Source of the DNA: Eledone cirrhosa
Taxonomy: Eukaryota
Assembly (NCBI GenBank): GCA_964016885.1
Contig: OZ024744.1
Span: forward strand, 55,428,001-55,492,000
Direction of reading: 5' to 3'
Length of the DNA stretch: 64,000 bases
A program made the translations under genes and the position numbers. Each line of letters begins with the position of its first letter. Position 1 is the stretch's first letter. Below, piece after piece: positions 30,900-42,209 of the stretch. The notes under the pieces were generated by a model. The model searched no databases and was not told the origin of the DNA. It saw only the letters and a list, made by a program, of their open reading frames with translations.

Positions 30900-33225
30900 G
30901 TCCATGATCTGAAGGTGAGGGACCTGAGGAGGGCTCAGCAAAGAAAATATCAATCAAGGCTAAAGTTGTAGAGGTTAAAAGAGAGAAACTGAGTATATAA
31001 GAAGATGGCACCAATGAACTTAAGAGTGCTTAGTAGGCTTTGAAAGATGGTTTGTTAGGAGCTGTTGGTGATGTGTGAGGATGGACAAAAAGCTTACTGA
31101 CACTTGGAAATATGGTGGTGGGATGATGAAGTTGAAAAGAAGATTAGCAAGGAAAGAGGAAGATTCAGAGATTGGCAGAAAGCAAGGGGTATGGCAACAG
31201 AAGTAGCAGCCATGATGACTGCAAAGTAAGAAGTAGCAAAATGACAGATGTTGTGAAGAAATATAGAATGAAATTATTGGGTCTTGTGTTGAGGAAGAAT
31301 AACAGTGAAAGGAAGAATGGAATAGAGCTAATGATTGATGTTGTGAAGAGATATGGAATGAGATGGTTTGGTCATGCATGGAGGTGGAATAAAAGTGACT
31401 GGGTGAGATAAATAGAGGCAGTGATGGATGTTGTGAAAAGAAATGGAATGATATGATTAGGTCATTTGTTGAAGGATGAATGTGACAGGGTGAAAAGGAA
31501 TAGCGCCATGGATAGATGTTGTGAGGAGAAATGGAATGAGAGGATTGGGTCATGTGTTGAGGAAGGATGAAAGTGACAGGATAAAAAGAATAGAGGTACT
31601 GATGGATTCTGTGAAGAGAAACAAAATATGGTTACAAGGCAACCAAGATGAAGTAGTAAAACAACAATTGGCATATAGCAGGTTAATTAGAGAATGAATG
31701 GATTGAGAGCAAGGTCAGAAAGAGGTGTTTAGGATTTCAAGGTAATTGATGAGTGAGAGATGTGATGTGTTGGGTGGATGGTGACTACTTGAAGGAAGAT
31801 GAGAGAAATTGTTGTAGACACAGATGAAATTGAGGAAAAGTGATAGACATATATGGAGAGACTGTTAAATGTGGAGAATGAATGAGATTCCAACATAAAG
31901 AGCAATCCCATTATAGAACCAGCAGAAGAAATAGCTGAGGAAGAAGTTGAGGGAGCATTGAGAAAGATGAAAAGTGGAAAGACAGGAGAACTGACAATTG
32001 TAAGAGATATGGTAAAAGCAGCAAGAAGTTAGTGTGTGAAAAGGATAAGAAATATCTATAGTATGCTGGTGACCTGTATTCAGTTGATTAGGAGTTGAGT
32101 ATACTCATTCTTCTGTTCAAAGAGAAAGGTGATCATCTAGTCTCTAGAGCAATTAAGCTATTGAAACATGGAATAAAGGCATTGGAAAGAATGTTAGAGA
32201 AATGGATGAGGGGAATGCAGTATTGATTAGTGCTAGGAAAGAAATGCCTGATGTAATTTTTATTGTGAAGCAGTTACAGAAGTGCAAGGACCAGAGAAGG
32301 AATTTGCTTTGGGGCTTTGTTGTTCTGGAGAAATATTTTGATAAAATTCCTCATGAAATAGTGATATTAACATTGAGAGTTAGGAATGGAGAAATGGTTG
32401 GTTAGAATAGTGATGACAATGTATGAGGAATGGCATATAATCATAAGGACGAAGTGCAAGAGCAGTGATGAGCTTGAAGTGAAGATTGGTGTACATCAAA
32501 GATCAGTATTCAGTCCAACCACTATTATTTGTAGCTGTGATAGGCGTACTAGCCCAAAGTGTAAAGGAGTATGATATAAGTGAGAAATGTAGAGCCAAAG
32601 AGAAGAATGGAAATTATAGAAATAAAAATGTCTGGTGGATGAGTAGAGTATCACTGAGTGAGAGGAAGACAAAGAGTGAATTGTAGAGGATGATAGGAAT
32701 GGGGTATGTGATGAATGCTGTGAAGAGAAATGAAATAATATGATTGGGACTTGTGTTGAAGGATGAAAGTGACTAAGTGAGCCATTGATGGATGTTGTAA
32801 AAAAATATGGAATGATGATTAGGTCATGTGTTGAGAAAGGATAAAAGTGACTGGGTGAGAGGCATAGAATCTGTGATTAATGTTGTGAAGAGAAATAGAA
32901 TGATATGATTGTGTCAAGTGTTGCAGGATAAAAGTGACTGACTGAAAGGATTAGAATCACTGATGGATATTGTGAAGAGATATCAAATGTGATGACTAGG
33001 TCATGTGTTGAGAAAGGATAAAAGTGACTAGATGAGAGGAATAGAGACAATGATGGATGTTGTGAATAGAAATGGAATGGTATGATAAGGCCATATGTTG
33101 AGGAATGATGAAAGTGACTGGGTGAGAAGAATGAAGTAAATGAATGTAAAAAGAAGTTGAGAAAGAGGAAGACCAAGAAAGACTTAGCTAAAAATGATGT
33201 AGGGGATGAAAATTGGTGAGGCACT
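30900..33225 (+). mobile_element. Highly decayed RTE-like LINE with tandemly amplified 3' segments
   Basis: Remnants WWWD (about 31115), LEKYFDKIP, EVKIGVHQRSVFSP and repeated MRWFGH-type motifs; many stops. Confidence 0.7.
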
Positions 33226-33254
33226 TGCCCTAGTAATCAAAGTAACAGTGACTT

Positions 33255-33745
33255 TTGTGGAGTTTTTCTATGAGTGGCCTTCAGAAGTCTCCTTCTTATA
33301 GAGGAATTTTCTTGGTTATGATTTTATTAACTTCCTTTTTGTTTTTGTTATCTCTCCTGTTCGCTATGGCGAAAGAGGTTGTATGGTGGACATGCTTGAA
33401 AGTTTTGAAGACGAGCATTTTCCTCTTTGGAGAAGCCCTGAATAACTTCTTCAGTTTCCACTTAAGGAGGAAAATAAGGGTAGAGAGAGAAGTGCTATCT
33501 TCAAAGCAATTAACTGAAAGGTGGGTGAAAGAAGCGAGCATGGCTCAAGTGAATGGGACGTTCTGAGTGTAAGCCTGTAGATTGGAGGAGTACAACTGGG
33601 ATAGGACACTTACCCTAAAGATCAGAGCATCCATGGTTTTATGGTTTTTTTTCCACGAATGAACCTCAAACGTCTCCTCCCTACTGAGGAACCTTCTTTG
33701 CTTTAATTTTATTGTCTTTTTTTTTAACATTGTTAGTTTGTTTAC
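33255..33745 (+). mobile_element. 3' end of an L1/Tx1-like LINE (ORF2 C-terminus plus 3'UTR)
   Basis: MAKEVVWW...FFSFHLRRKIRVERE...ERWV resembles Tx1 ORF2 ends (recognised from memory); related 3'UTR text recurs at 36610-36755 and 37430-37693. Confidence 0.5.
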
Positions 33746-34085
33746 ATGCAAAACCTACACATGAACACACACTCTATGTTTTCGCCCTGTACTGTCATAA
33801 TGTTTTTCTTGATGTGAACCCTTTGTGGTTGGGCACTGGCTGGACGGACTGATAAAGTTGCTCGGGGTTTGGTTCGGGCCAGACCTCCAGGTCTGAATTG
33901 GGATGAGGTGAATCCATACATCGCACCCGTCATCTACTACAGCCTGACTATCCTACCCTGCCCCCGTCCGTACTTTGGGAGGGTCATGTTGCCAATAAAA
34001 ATAAAGTGATCCTCCCTAAGTATAACAATATCTGTTTCAACACACGTTTTCAGATAAGAAATCTCGTAAAACAAATTCAAAAACG

Positions 34086-34212
<127 letters not shown>

Positions 34213-34214
34213 CA

Positions 34215-35330
34215 GCCACAGTCTCATGTTTGAAATTGATAATTTTCGAAACATAGATACCAATAATAGCAACAACGTAGACATGCACATACACCATTTG
34301 GCACAAGCGCCGTTCGCCAACATAACAAAAGTAAATCTGAAACAGACCAGTGGTTACACTATATTCAAAATGATTGTATCTCTTTTCTCCCAACAAATAT
34401 CTAGAATCGAGCAAGGAGGAAACTGATTTATTTACAAAGGGAAGGGAAGGAAATTTTTTAGGCCTTCAAAAAAAAAAAAATGAATCTACTGAGGCACTAT
34501 CTGATGTCTTGACTCAAATTTTAAGCAAAGAAAAGGATAAAATCTATGGGACCGTCAGCCTGACTTTCGGGAGCAAACAAAAATAGTATGTGAACCCTTG
34601 CTCACAATCTTGTATCCTAGTAAATGGGAAGGCGCAATGCAAAGGTCCTAAAGCGGATGATGTCGAGATACCTCCTCCGAATACTAAAATGAAATATGCT
34701 GAAATCTCTCCTAAGAATACCACTTCATCCATTGGTGATGATGAGGACAAAATGGAGGTTGAGAAAAGCCAACAGACTGTTGTAATAAGAGAAGACGAGA
34801 GAAGTAAACAAATAGATATGTTAGAAATCTTGGATAAAGACTCTAAACAATGTGACTCCCTAAAATACACACTCATCAGAAGTAAAAACACTGGGTTGCC
34901 TAACAAAGCGTGTGAATTGGAGGAGGAAAACTCACACAATTTGTGGATGGAGGCAGAAATGAAGGATTACTGCCGAGAGCTCCTAGACGATAGTATTTTA
35001 CTATTAAGAATTATATAAAGAGATAAAATACTTTGTTGATGAAGTCACCGATAAATGCTTATGGCGGATTTCGGAGAGCGACCAGGAATGTGGTGTGTTC
35101 TGATTTGACTTAATGTTTTAATGTATTTATATCATGCCTTGTTTTAATTATTGTGTTTTATAATAACTCCATACATATTTCATGTTTTTTATCAAATTAA
35201 TCTGCTTATTGTATAATATCCTTTCCCTTACTTTCATTTTTATATAACTTTGTCCAACAGCACATGTACTGTAACCCTGTGTTAATAATGTTTACTGTAT
35301 TTCCTGTGGCTAATAAAGAAATTATCATTA
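34215..35330 (+). mobile_element. Probable decayed or non-autonomous Tx1-like element
   Basis: Broken ORF pieces at 34226-35018 and a terminus TGTGGCTAATAAAGAAAT shared with 37676-37693; weak evidence. Confidence 0.3.
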
Positions 35331-35520
35331 TTTGTTTCTACTTTAGGCACAAGGCCAGCAATTACCCAGTTCATTACTGGTACTTTATTTTATCGACCCC
35401 GTAAGGATGAAAGGCAAAGTCAACCTCGGCGGGATTTGAACTCCGATCATAAAGGGACGTAACTATGTTGGAAAGCATGGCGTCCGACCCTCTACCGATA
35501 CTGCCAATCCACCGCCTAAC
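35331..35520 (-). mobile_element. Full-length tRNA-derived SINE (Meta-SINE-like core)
   Basis: A-box-like TGGCAGTATCGG, B-box GAGTTCAAATCC, core GACTTTGCCTTTCATCCTTACGGGGTCGATAAA; 19-bp TSD AATAAAGAAATTATCATTA at 35312-35330 and 35521-35539. Confidence 0.92.
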
Positions 35521-35539
35521 AATAAAGAAATTATCATTA

Positions 35540-35600
35540 AAATAAAGTACCAGTAATGTACTGGGTAATTGCTGGCCTTGTGCCTAAAGTAGAAACAATT
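35540..35600 (+). mobile_element. SINE 3' fragment
   Basis: Reverse complement of about 35332-35392. Confidence 0.85.
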
Positions 35601-35612
35601 ATTGTTATTAAA

Positions 35613-36191
35613 TCTATATTTATAAACTTGTAGTTCCTATCTGTTTGTTTGTTTATTTGTTCACAAACTCCTCCTATGGTTTTGGAGATAGACCCCCATA
35701 ATCATATATATTCAGAAACTACATTGTCCAGGGTTCTTGGATAAGTATATTTCATTTTAATCAAAGGGTTCCCCGGGGGCACAAAACCCCGCTGAAAATG
35801 TTTCCCTTCGATTTATATGAAATTTAAACCATAGGTAAATGACAAGATATGATGCCTATTCACAAAATTTCAGCAAATTTCAACAATACTAAGACACCCT
35901 AATGGGGGTTAAAACAAGATATGATGCCTATTCACAAAAATTTTGAATTGATATTTTGAAAAAAATTATTTACAAGAAACAAAATAAGAATAAGATTTGA
36001 TAATGTAATTTTGATTTGATATATTACAAAAAATAATGTTTTCCAATTTTTCATGCATTACATTTTACATCGAGTAACATTAAAATGCTGAGTTTTTCTC
36101 CATAAATTATATCACTGATGTAAAATCAATCATCATTTTCTTTTTTTTTTTAAATGTGTGAAACGCAGCAAGGCGCGGGTAATTCGGCTAG
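35613..36191 (+). mobile_element. Non-autonomous Helitron
   Basis: A|TCTATATTTATAAA 5' end; GC-rich subterminal CGCAGCAAGGCGCGGG followed by CTAG|T. Confidence 0.7.
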
Positions 36192-36419
36192 TTACCAATA
36201 AAGTTATGTAGTGGGTGAAATCGACTTTCTCTTTTTTGCAAATTGCTAGCTTTGTACCTAAACTACTACTATTACCACTACCACTACCACTACTACTACT
36301 ACTGTGTTCAAATGCCGTCGAGATCAACTTTTTCTTTCATCCTTCTGAGGTCGATACCAGTCATATATTCGACTTTCCCACTCCACTCCAATTGTTGATC
36401 TTGTGCATGCATTAAAAAT

Positions 36420-36586
36420 AATAATTGTTTCTACTTTAGACACAAGGCCAGCAATTACCCAGTGCATTACCCGTAAGGATGAAAGGCAAAGTCAACCTCG
36501 GCGGGATTTGAACTCAGATCGTAAAGGGACGTAACTATGCTGGAAAGCATGGCGTCCGACCCTCCACTGATACTGCCAATCCACCG
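36420..36586 (-). mobile_element. SINE copy with internal deletion
   Basis: Aligns to 35331-35520 but lacks about 30 bp. Confidence 0.88.
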
Positions 36587-37736
36587 TTGTTTTTAATGTT
36601 GTTTCCAATCATTTTAAGGGTTTTTCCACGAATAGCTTTCGGCAGTCTCCCTCTTATTGGGAAATTTTCTTTGGTGTAATTTTTTATTGTTACCTTTTTT
36701 TACACCTGTTCTGCACTCGATCTTTCTATAAACCCCAATAATCAATAAAGAAATTGGTTATCTTGTAGTTGCCCACGTTAAATTATTTTTTGTTTGTCTT
36801 TTTATTATTATTTTTTAATGTAATTAAGCAAGAAAGTTATTAATTAAATTTTAGATTATTTCATTTTTTTAAATGTTTATTAAAAAATAATATTAAGAAA
36901 AGTAAATAAGAAACAAATTATAATTTGTTTTTTGTAACCTTCGTTACAACTTTGTTGACCATACAATCCACATAAACCGTGTGGAAAGCAGCTAGGGGCT
37001 TTGCAAAGTCAAATTCCGTGCCATGAGAGGAACAAACGAGGCACTTTTCGGCACTCGCCTTCTGGAGTTACTTTGGTGCCGTGCTATTCAAGAAAACATC
37101 TTCGGCAATATTCTATATTGGATACGACATTATTATGATGTATAATAGACACTTTTGAATATTCTAATTTATGTTTAAAAGAAAAAAAAAATTTAATAAT
37201 TTAAAATTTAATTAATAATAACTTACTTTCTTAATTACATTAACCAAGAAATTACTATTGTTGATCGTCTCGCTACCTTCCTATTGACCAGGAAGTATAC
37301 GCAGTTTCTATTTGTCTAGTGGTCATAACGAGATAGATTCTATGGTGGGCGACATTGAAAGGGCCGAAGAGAGTCACTTTACTCCAAGGAAATTACGGAT
37401 GGAGAGGGAAGAACTACCTTCTAACAAATTGTATGAGAGCGGCTACCATGGACCAAGTGAAAGGGCCTGCTCTGAGTATGAACCTCAAGATTTGTGGACG
37501 ACTAGAAGGCACTTGCCTTCGTAGTCAAGGTGACTGTGTATTTAAGATGTGTTTCAACCTTTTGATTTAATTTTATTGTTACCTCTTTTGTTTTTGTTAT
37601 ATTTCATTTTTAAATGTTTCTATAAAACTACACTATCGTATTGTACAGTCCTTAATGGAATTTTTGCAAGCCCTTTGTGGTAAATAAAGAAATCACTATT
37701 ATTGTTATCGTTGTTTATTGTAGTTTCCGTTGGTGT

Positions 37737-38414
37737 TTAAACCAATGCACAAAGACTATAATTCATGTCCCTGACAGTTTCTCCCTTCTTGTCATTTCCA
37801 TTTATAATCTCTGTAATCAACTGGACCAGAGACCGATTTGGTTTGCTGTAACACACGCTTTCTATCTTACGAAGTTTCTCATGGAAAACATTCTTTTCTC
37901 TGACATTCATTTCAAAATATTCTGCAAGGGTTTTGTTACTTTGTTGATACGTTTTAATATTAAACAACAATTTCTCTTTGGCTTCTTGTAGGTTACTTAT
38001 GTGGACTTTTAAATCTTCGATCTCCTGTTCCAAAAACAGTAACCTTTTTTTAAATTTGTAGTATTGGTCGCTTGTTTGGGTACAACCATCTTTATCAGGG
38101 CGAACAAAATGTGTGTTTCTAGTAAATAGTATTCTATTCTTACACCTTTTACCGCCCTGCTGGCGGTAAACAACAACCTGCTTGGTGATAATCCCATCCG
38201 TCTGGAATCGTTCGCTGCACGAACTTTCTGATTTTGTTCGATCACGATATTTATTCATCCCATTTCTAACCGAGTCCATAGCACTTTTTGATTTCGACAA
38301 ATATGACTCATATTTCACCATTGTCCTTACATGTTCGGTTGCGGCATTAGCTCTTTTTGTCGCTAGAGGTGCTGGTTTGTGGAGTTGGACTCGATATTCG
38401 ATCGGACGTAACAT
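37737..38414 (-). CDS. Intronless 225-aa ORF: coiled coil plus EB1/MAPRE C-terminal (EBH)-like segment
   Basis: ATG-initiated, non-repetitive ORF; VREKNVFHEKLRKIESVC...SLVQLITEII resembles EB1 EKERDFYFGKLRNIELIC...VLQRIVDIL; AATAAA on the minus strand at 37714-37719 just past the stop. Confidence 0.5.
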   Translation of the reverse strand: MLRPIEYRVQLHKPAPLATKRANAATEHVRTMVKYESYLSKSKSAMDSVRNGMNKYRDRTKSESSCSERFQTDGIITKQVVVYRQQGGKRCKNRILFTRNTHFVRPDKDGCTQTSDQYYKFKKRLLFLEQEIEDLKVHISNLQEAKEKLLFNIKTYQQSNKTLAEYFEMNVREKNVFHEKLRKIESVCYSKPNRSLVQLITEIINGNDKKGETVRDMNYSLCALV

Positions 38415-39234
38415 TTTTGATGGTATTGTTGGTGACGGAAATCTTAGCTGATGTTGATATTGTTTTAGGGCGTGAAATCTTCTGTGATTCGGAAGACTGA
38501 ACTATATTCAATCGGAGCTAACATTGGTGATTAGTGGTTTTGTTGTTGATAATTAAAGGCTTAAGTTATGTTGCTGTAGAGCCTGAAAAACGTAGTGTAT
38601 GAACTGAATTATATTCAATTGGAGTTAACATTAGTGGTGTTGATGAAGAGAGGTTAAAGTTATATTTCGAAAAGGTTCACCTTGTGAACGTTTTCCCGGA
38701 GAGAAATAAAATAAACCGTTTATTTATTTATTTAGTTATTTTGTCCTGACTTTCTGCCATTCTCCATGGTACAGAACAGTGAACTATGACGTCATAGCCG
38801 TTTATAACGTTCCTCTTGACGACATTACGAATTCACGACATGAGTGCATTATAGTAGATATGTTTATTTACAGATAACCTGTAGTGTTAGTGATGTTTGG
38901 AGAGCTGGATCGCTGAATACAAGGTTCTTGTCATTGTTGACGGCTCTCCATATCATGTAATGCTTGTGTTAATCCAGTGTCCCAGCCTTGCTACCATTCA
39001 CGACAATGTTGCGAGTGCTGGTGTGCCTAAAAAAATATTAGAAGGAAGCTCCGGTGCCCCTTATGCCATTTTGCGGGTTTTCTTCCCACCCCCCATTTTC
39101 TTTCATTTATATTTCCTTTTTATTTTTAATATAATAGACACCATTTGCTTGTTGAATAAACATATAATTTAAAATTGATAATAATAATAAATAAATAAAA
39201 ACAACATCGCTCGGCCTCGCAACCCCACAGCTGG

Positions 39235-39790
39235 ATATTGATTGCCTGCGAATCAGGGTTTCCCTGAATCTCAGCCACTGGATCTGCGAGTCACACAAAT
39301 ATCGTTGCGGATCCACCGTAGATTCTTTCTGCCTCCACCCACTCTCCTGTCGCTACACTGCCGGCCGCCTTCCCACCATGCTGATCTCAATGAAGTCATA
39401 AAGCATGGCTTGGATGCTGTAGGTTCCCCCGCCCAGCTCGGGCCGGCGAGGTTGGACCGAGGGGATGGCATGACCATCTTCTGCAGTCGTAAACCCCACA
39501 TCTGGGATGCCACATGCAACGATACATTTTCCAGCGGTAACCTGGTGCAGTCTGCGACTAACCCAGGCTCTGCTGCACTTTAGGCCGAGGAGGGTAAACT
39601 CTCCAAATATCGGTCGTTCTCCGACAGGTTTGCGGTCGAGCCCGTAGCAGTGGATACTTCTGGTGTCGGTGGCCCTAGGACCACTACCCACTCACTACCA
39701 TCGGCACAGAGTTATTTACCCGCGAGCTGGAATGGCTCGTACAGCGCGTTTCCCTAACCATTCTCCGGGGAAATGTTTTCTCTATTCTGT
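39235..39790 (+). mobile_element. RLE-type (CRE-like) non-LTR retrotransposon remnant: zinc knuckle plus endonuclease
   Basis: C...HPLSC knuckle, then HADLNEVIK...RGDGMT...HIWDATCNDTF...AEEGKLSKY...EPVAVDTSG...VQRVSLTILRGN across frameshifts and a stop. Confidence 0.75.
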
Positions 39791-40389
39791 TATTCTGTCC
39801 GCCGGTGCAGCCAGCGCGTGGGCCCCCATTTGCTCACAATAGTGAGAGATGGGGAGGCAGTAACAGTGGGAGTTTGGTTCCTTTGTGTTCAGACCTGGTG
39901 TATATGTATATATGTATTTACCACACCACATTAAGAGTTAATTTATTGAGCGAGTGAGTAATGATTTACTGTATCGACTGAAATCCTTTTTTTAACTATG
40001 TATAAGAATTTTATTTAGTTATCTGTTATACGTAAACATATGTCAACTAAAAAAAATCTTTACTTACTCTGCACATCACTTCAAGCGTATGCGCGCACGC
40101 ACACATAAATACGTATATATGTACTCTCAGGTCTTGAGTAAGGCCTCCTGCCCTCAGTTATTAATTTCTTAGATTTTTTCCAACTTCCTCGCTTTTATTC
40201 CACCCCTACCCTCCCTTATTAAATTTTGCTACTCTATTTCCGGCGAAATTTTATTGTAAGGTATTCATATAGATTTAAACCGAGATCAGTTTGACAATCG
40301 CCACCGACGAAAGGGAGAAAGTTAACCAGGAATCTTTAAAAAATCTTCCCACCGAAGTTAACAAAGAACTTACTAGATCTATCAACTCA

Positions 40390-40480
40390 TCTATATATAT
40401 AAAACAGAGAATGTCTGTCTGACTCCCTAAAACTCGAGAACCACCCAACCGATTGTTTTTGCAATCCATGTTTGCATTTA
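40390..40480 (+). mobile_element. Helitron 5'-end fragment
   Basis: TCTATATATATAAAAC...CCCTAAAACTCGAGAACCACCCAACCGA matches the 5' ends at 53200 and 54095 on the opposite strand. Confidence 0.7.
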
Positions 40481-41039
40481 CTCTGAAAGACTGGAAGAGG
40501 TTGGACAAATCTCCTTTAAAAACAACAGTCTTTCACAGTAAATGCAAACATGAATTGCAAAACAAAAACTTGATTTACTGTGCAACCTGCCCACAATGTA
40601 AAGAATATTACATTGGTGAAACCGGAACGGGTCTACATGACAGAGTTCGAGTACATAAACAACAAATTAGAGACCCCTCTGTCAGAAACACCACATGCAG
40701 TGAACACTTCGCAACATGCGCAAAGGGAAATTTCACAATTTTCCCCTTCTTTAAGATATGGTCGGGCAACGAACATTTCCGAAAATATAAAGAAGAATTC
40801 TTTATTAGAAAATACAAACCACTACTGAACACAAAAAAGTGATATTCCATCTTCAAGTAACGGGATTCTCCCCATCTCTTTTCTTAAAAAAAAATCTCAT
40901 ATTGAAAAAGATAAATAGTTGATGACACCCGTACTTTCAAACATTCGATTGCTTAAGAGAAGAAAAACCCTCAGGGGTACAATAACATTTCATTAATTCC
41001 CACTTCCCCACAATGTATATATGAACTTAAACACTTGAG

Positions 41040-41201
41040 TAGATGTATGTACATATATGTATGTATAGATGTGTTTTTTTATATATATGTGTCTGTAGTA
41101 CAGATATATGTGTACATGTTTAAATGTATGTGTGTGTGTATATATGTGTATGTATGCACGTACGTATGTGGGAGATATATATATATATGTGTGTGTATGT
41201 G

Positions 41202-41254
<53 letters not shown>

Positions 41255-41410
41255 ATGTATATGTATATATATATATGTATGTGTATACGTATGTATGTGT
41301 TGGTGTATGCATATGTGTGTGTATATATATATGTGTGTGTGGGTGTTTATGTGTGTGTGTATGTGTATATATATGCGTATGCATGTGTGTGTATGTATGT
41401 AACATATATG
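41040..41410. repeat. (TA/TG)n compound microsatellite
   Basis: Direct read. Confidence 0.95.
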
Positions 41411-42209
41411 GACTGTAAATATATTTACATATAGGGAAGTGAATATGTGAGCAAGCATGTCCCCCACACACTTCCTCTCCCAAACCAATATCAACAACAC
41501 ATTTCTGACAAATGTTCCCAAACTATCCTTCTTTTCTCTTTTTACTGTCAACCCATTCTTATCAAAAGACATGTACCATACACCTTATTAAAACCCAGAC
41601 ACGTACCTAAATTCCTCTTTGATATAGAAATTTGTAGAAGATATTCTTTATAAATTTAAGAGAGTTGATTCAGCTATAAGAAACGAATTTGAAAATCACC
41701 CTGCCATTATATACTCATCAAAGGTCAGCTAATGAAATAAAACCAGCAGGAGGGGATGTTTACAACACCCTTCTCAAACACTCTTATCTTGCAACCTCAC
41801 CATTTTCGGAGTGTGTATATATATATGTGTGTTTGTATGTGTGTGTGTGCTCGTGTATATGTGTGTATGCTTTAATTCCTCCAAATTTTCATCAACACTC
41901 ATTAACACCACACCCCACACCCCAGACACATCCAAAATCTCTCTTATATATAGTTACACATATCAACACAACCTGATTTCAGTTTGACAATCGCCACCGA
42001 CGAATGCGAGAAAGTTCTCAAACAAAGTTAACCAGGAATCTTTAAAATTCTTCCCACCGAAGTTAACAAAGAACTTACTAGATCTACCAACTCATATTAT
42101 AATATTATAAAATTAAATCAAATTATTTAACACTACAAGTGAAGTCATTCTTTTCCTTATTTTCAAATATACCTAACTGTACCAAGGATCTCACACATTT
42201 TCCAATATA

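Larger units (their letters stand above)
40286..42095 (+). mobile_element. Penelope-like remnant: GIY-YIG fragment between two approximately 110-bp direct repeats
   Basis: ORF 40453-40842 NLIYCATCPQCKEYYIGETG..LHDRVRVH..CSEHF..RKYKEEFFIRKYKPLLN; direct repeats at 40286-40390 and about 41979-42095. Confidence 0.8.

Noticed and set aside
35331-35520. tRNA gene
   Set aside because: A and B boxes are present, but there is no cloverleaf and it is multi-copy with a TSD, so it is a SINE.
41970-42040. Hammerhead in the direct repeats flanking the GIY-YIG fragment
   Set aside because: A GTTAAC palindrome and a possible stem II exist, but the CUGANGA/GAAA core is too degenerate to call.
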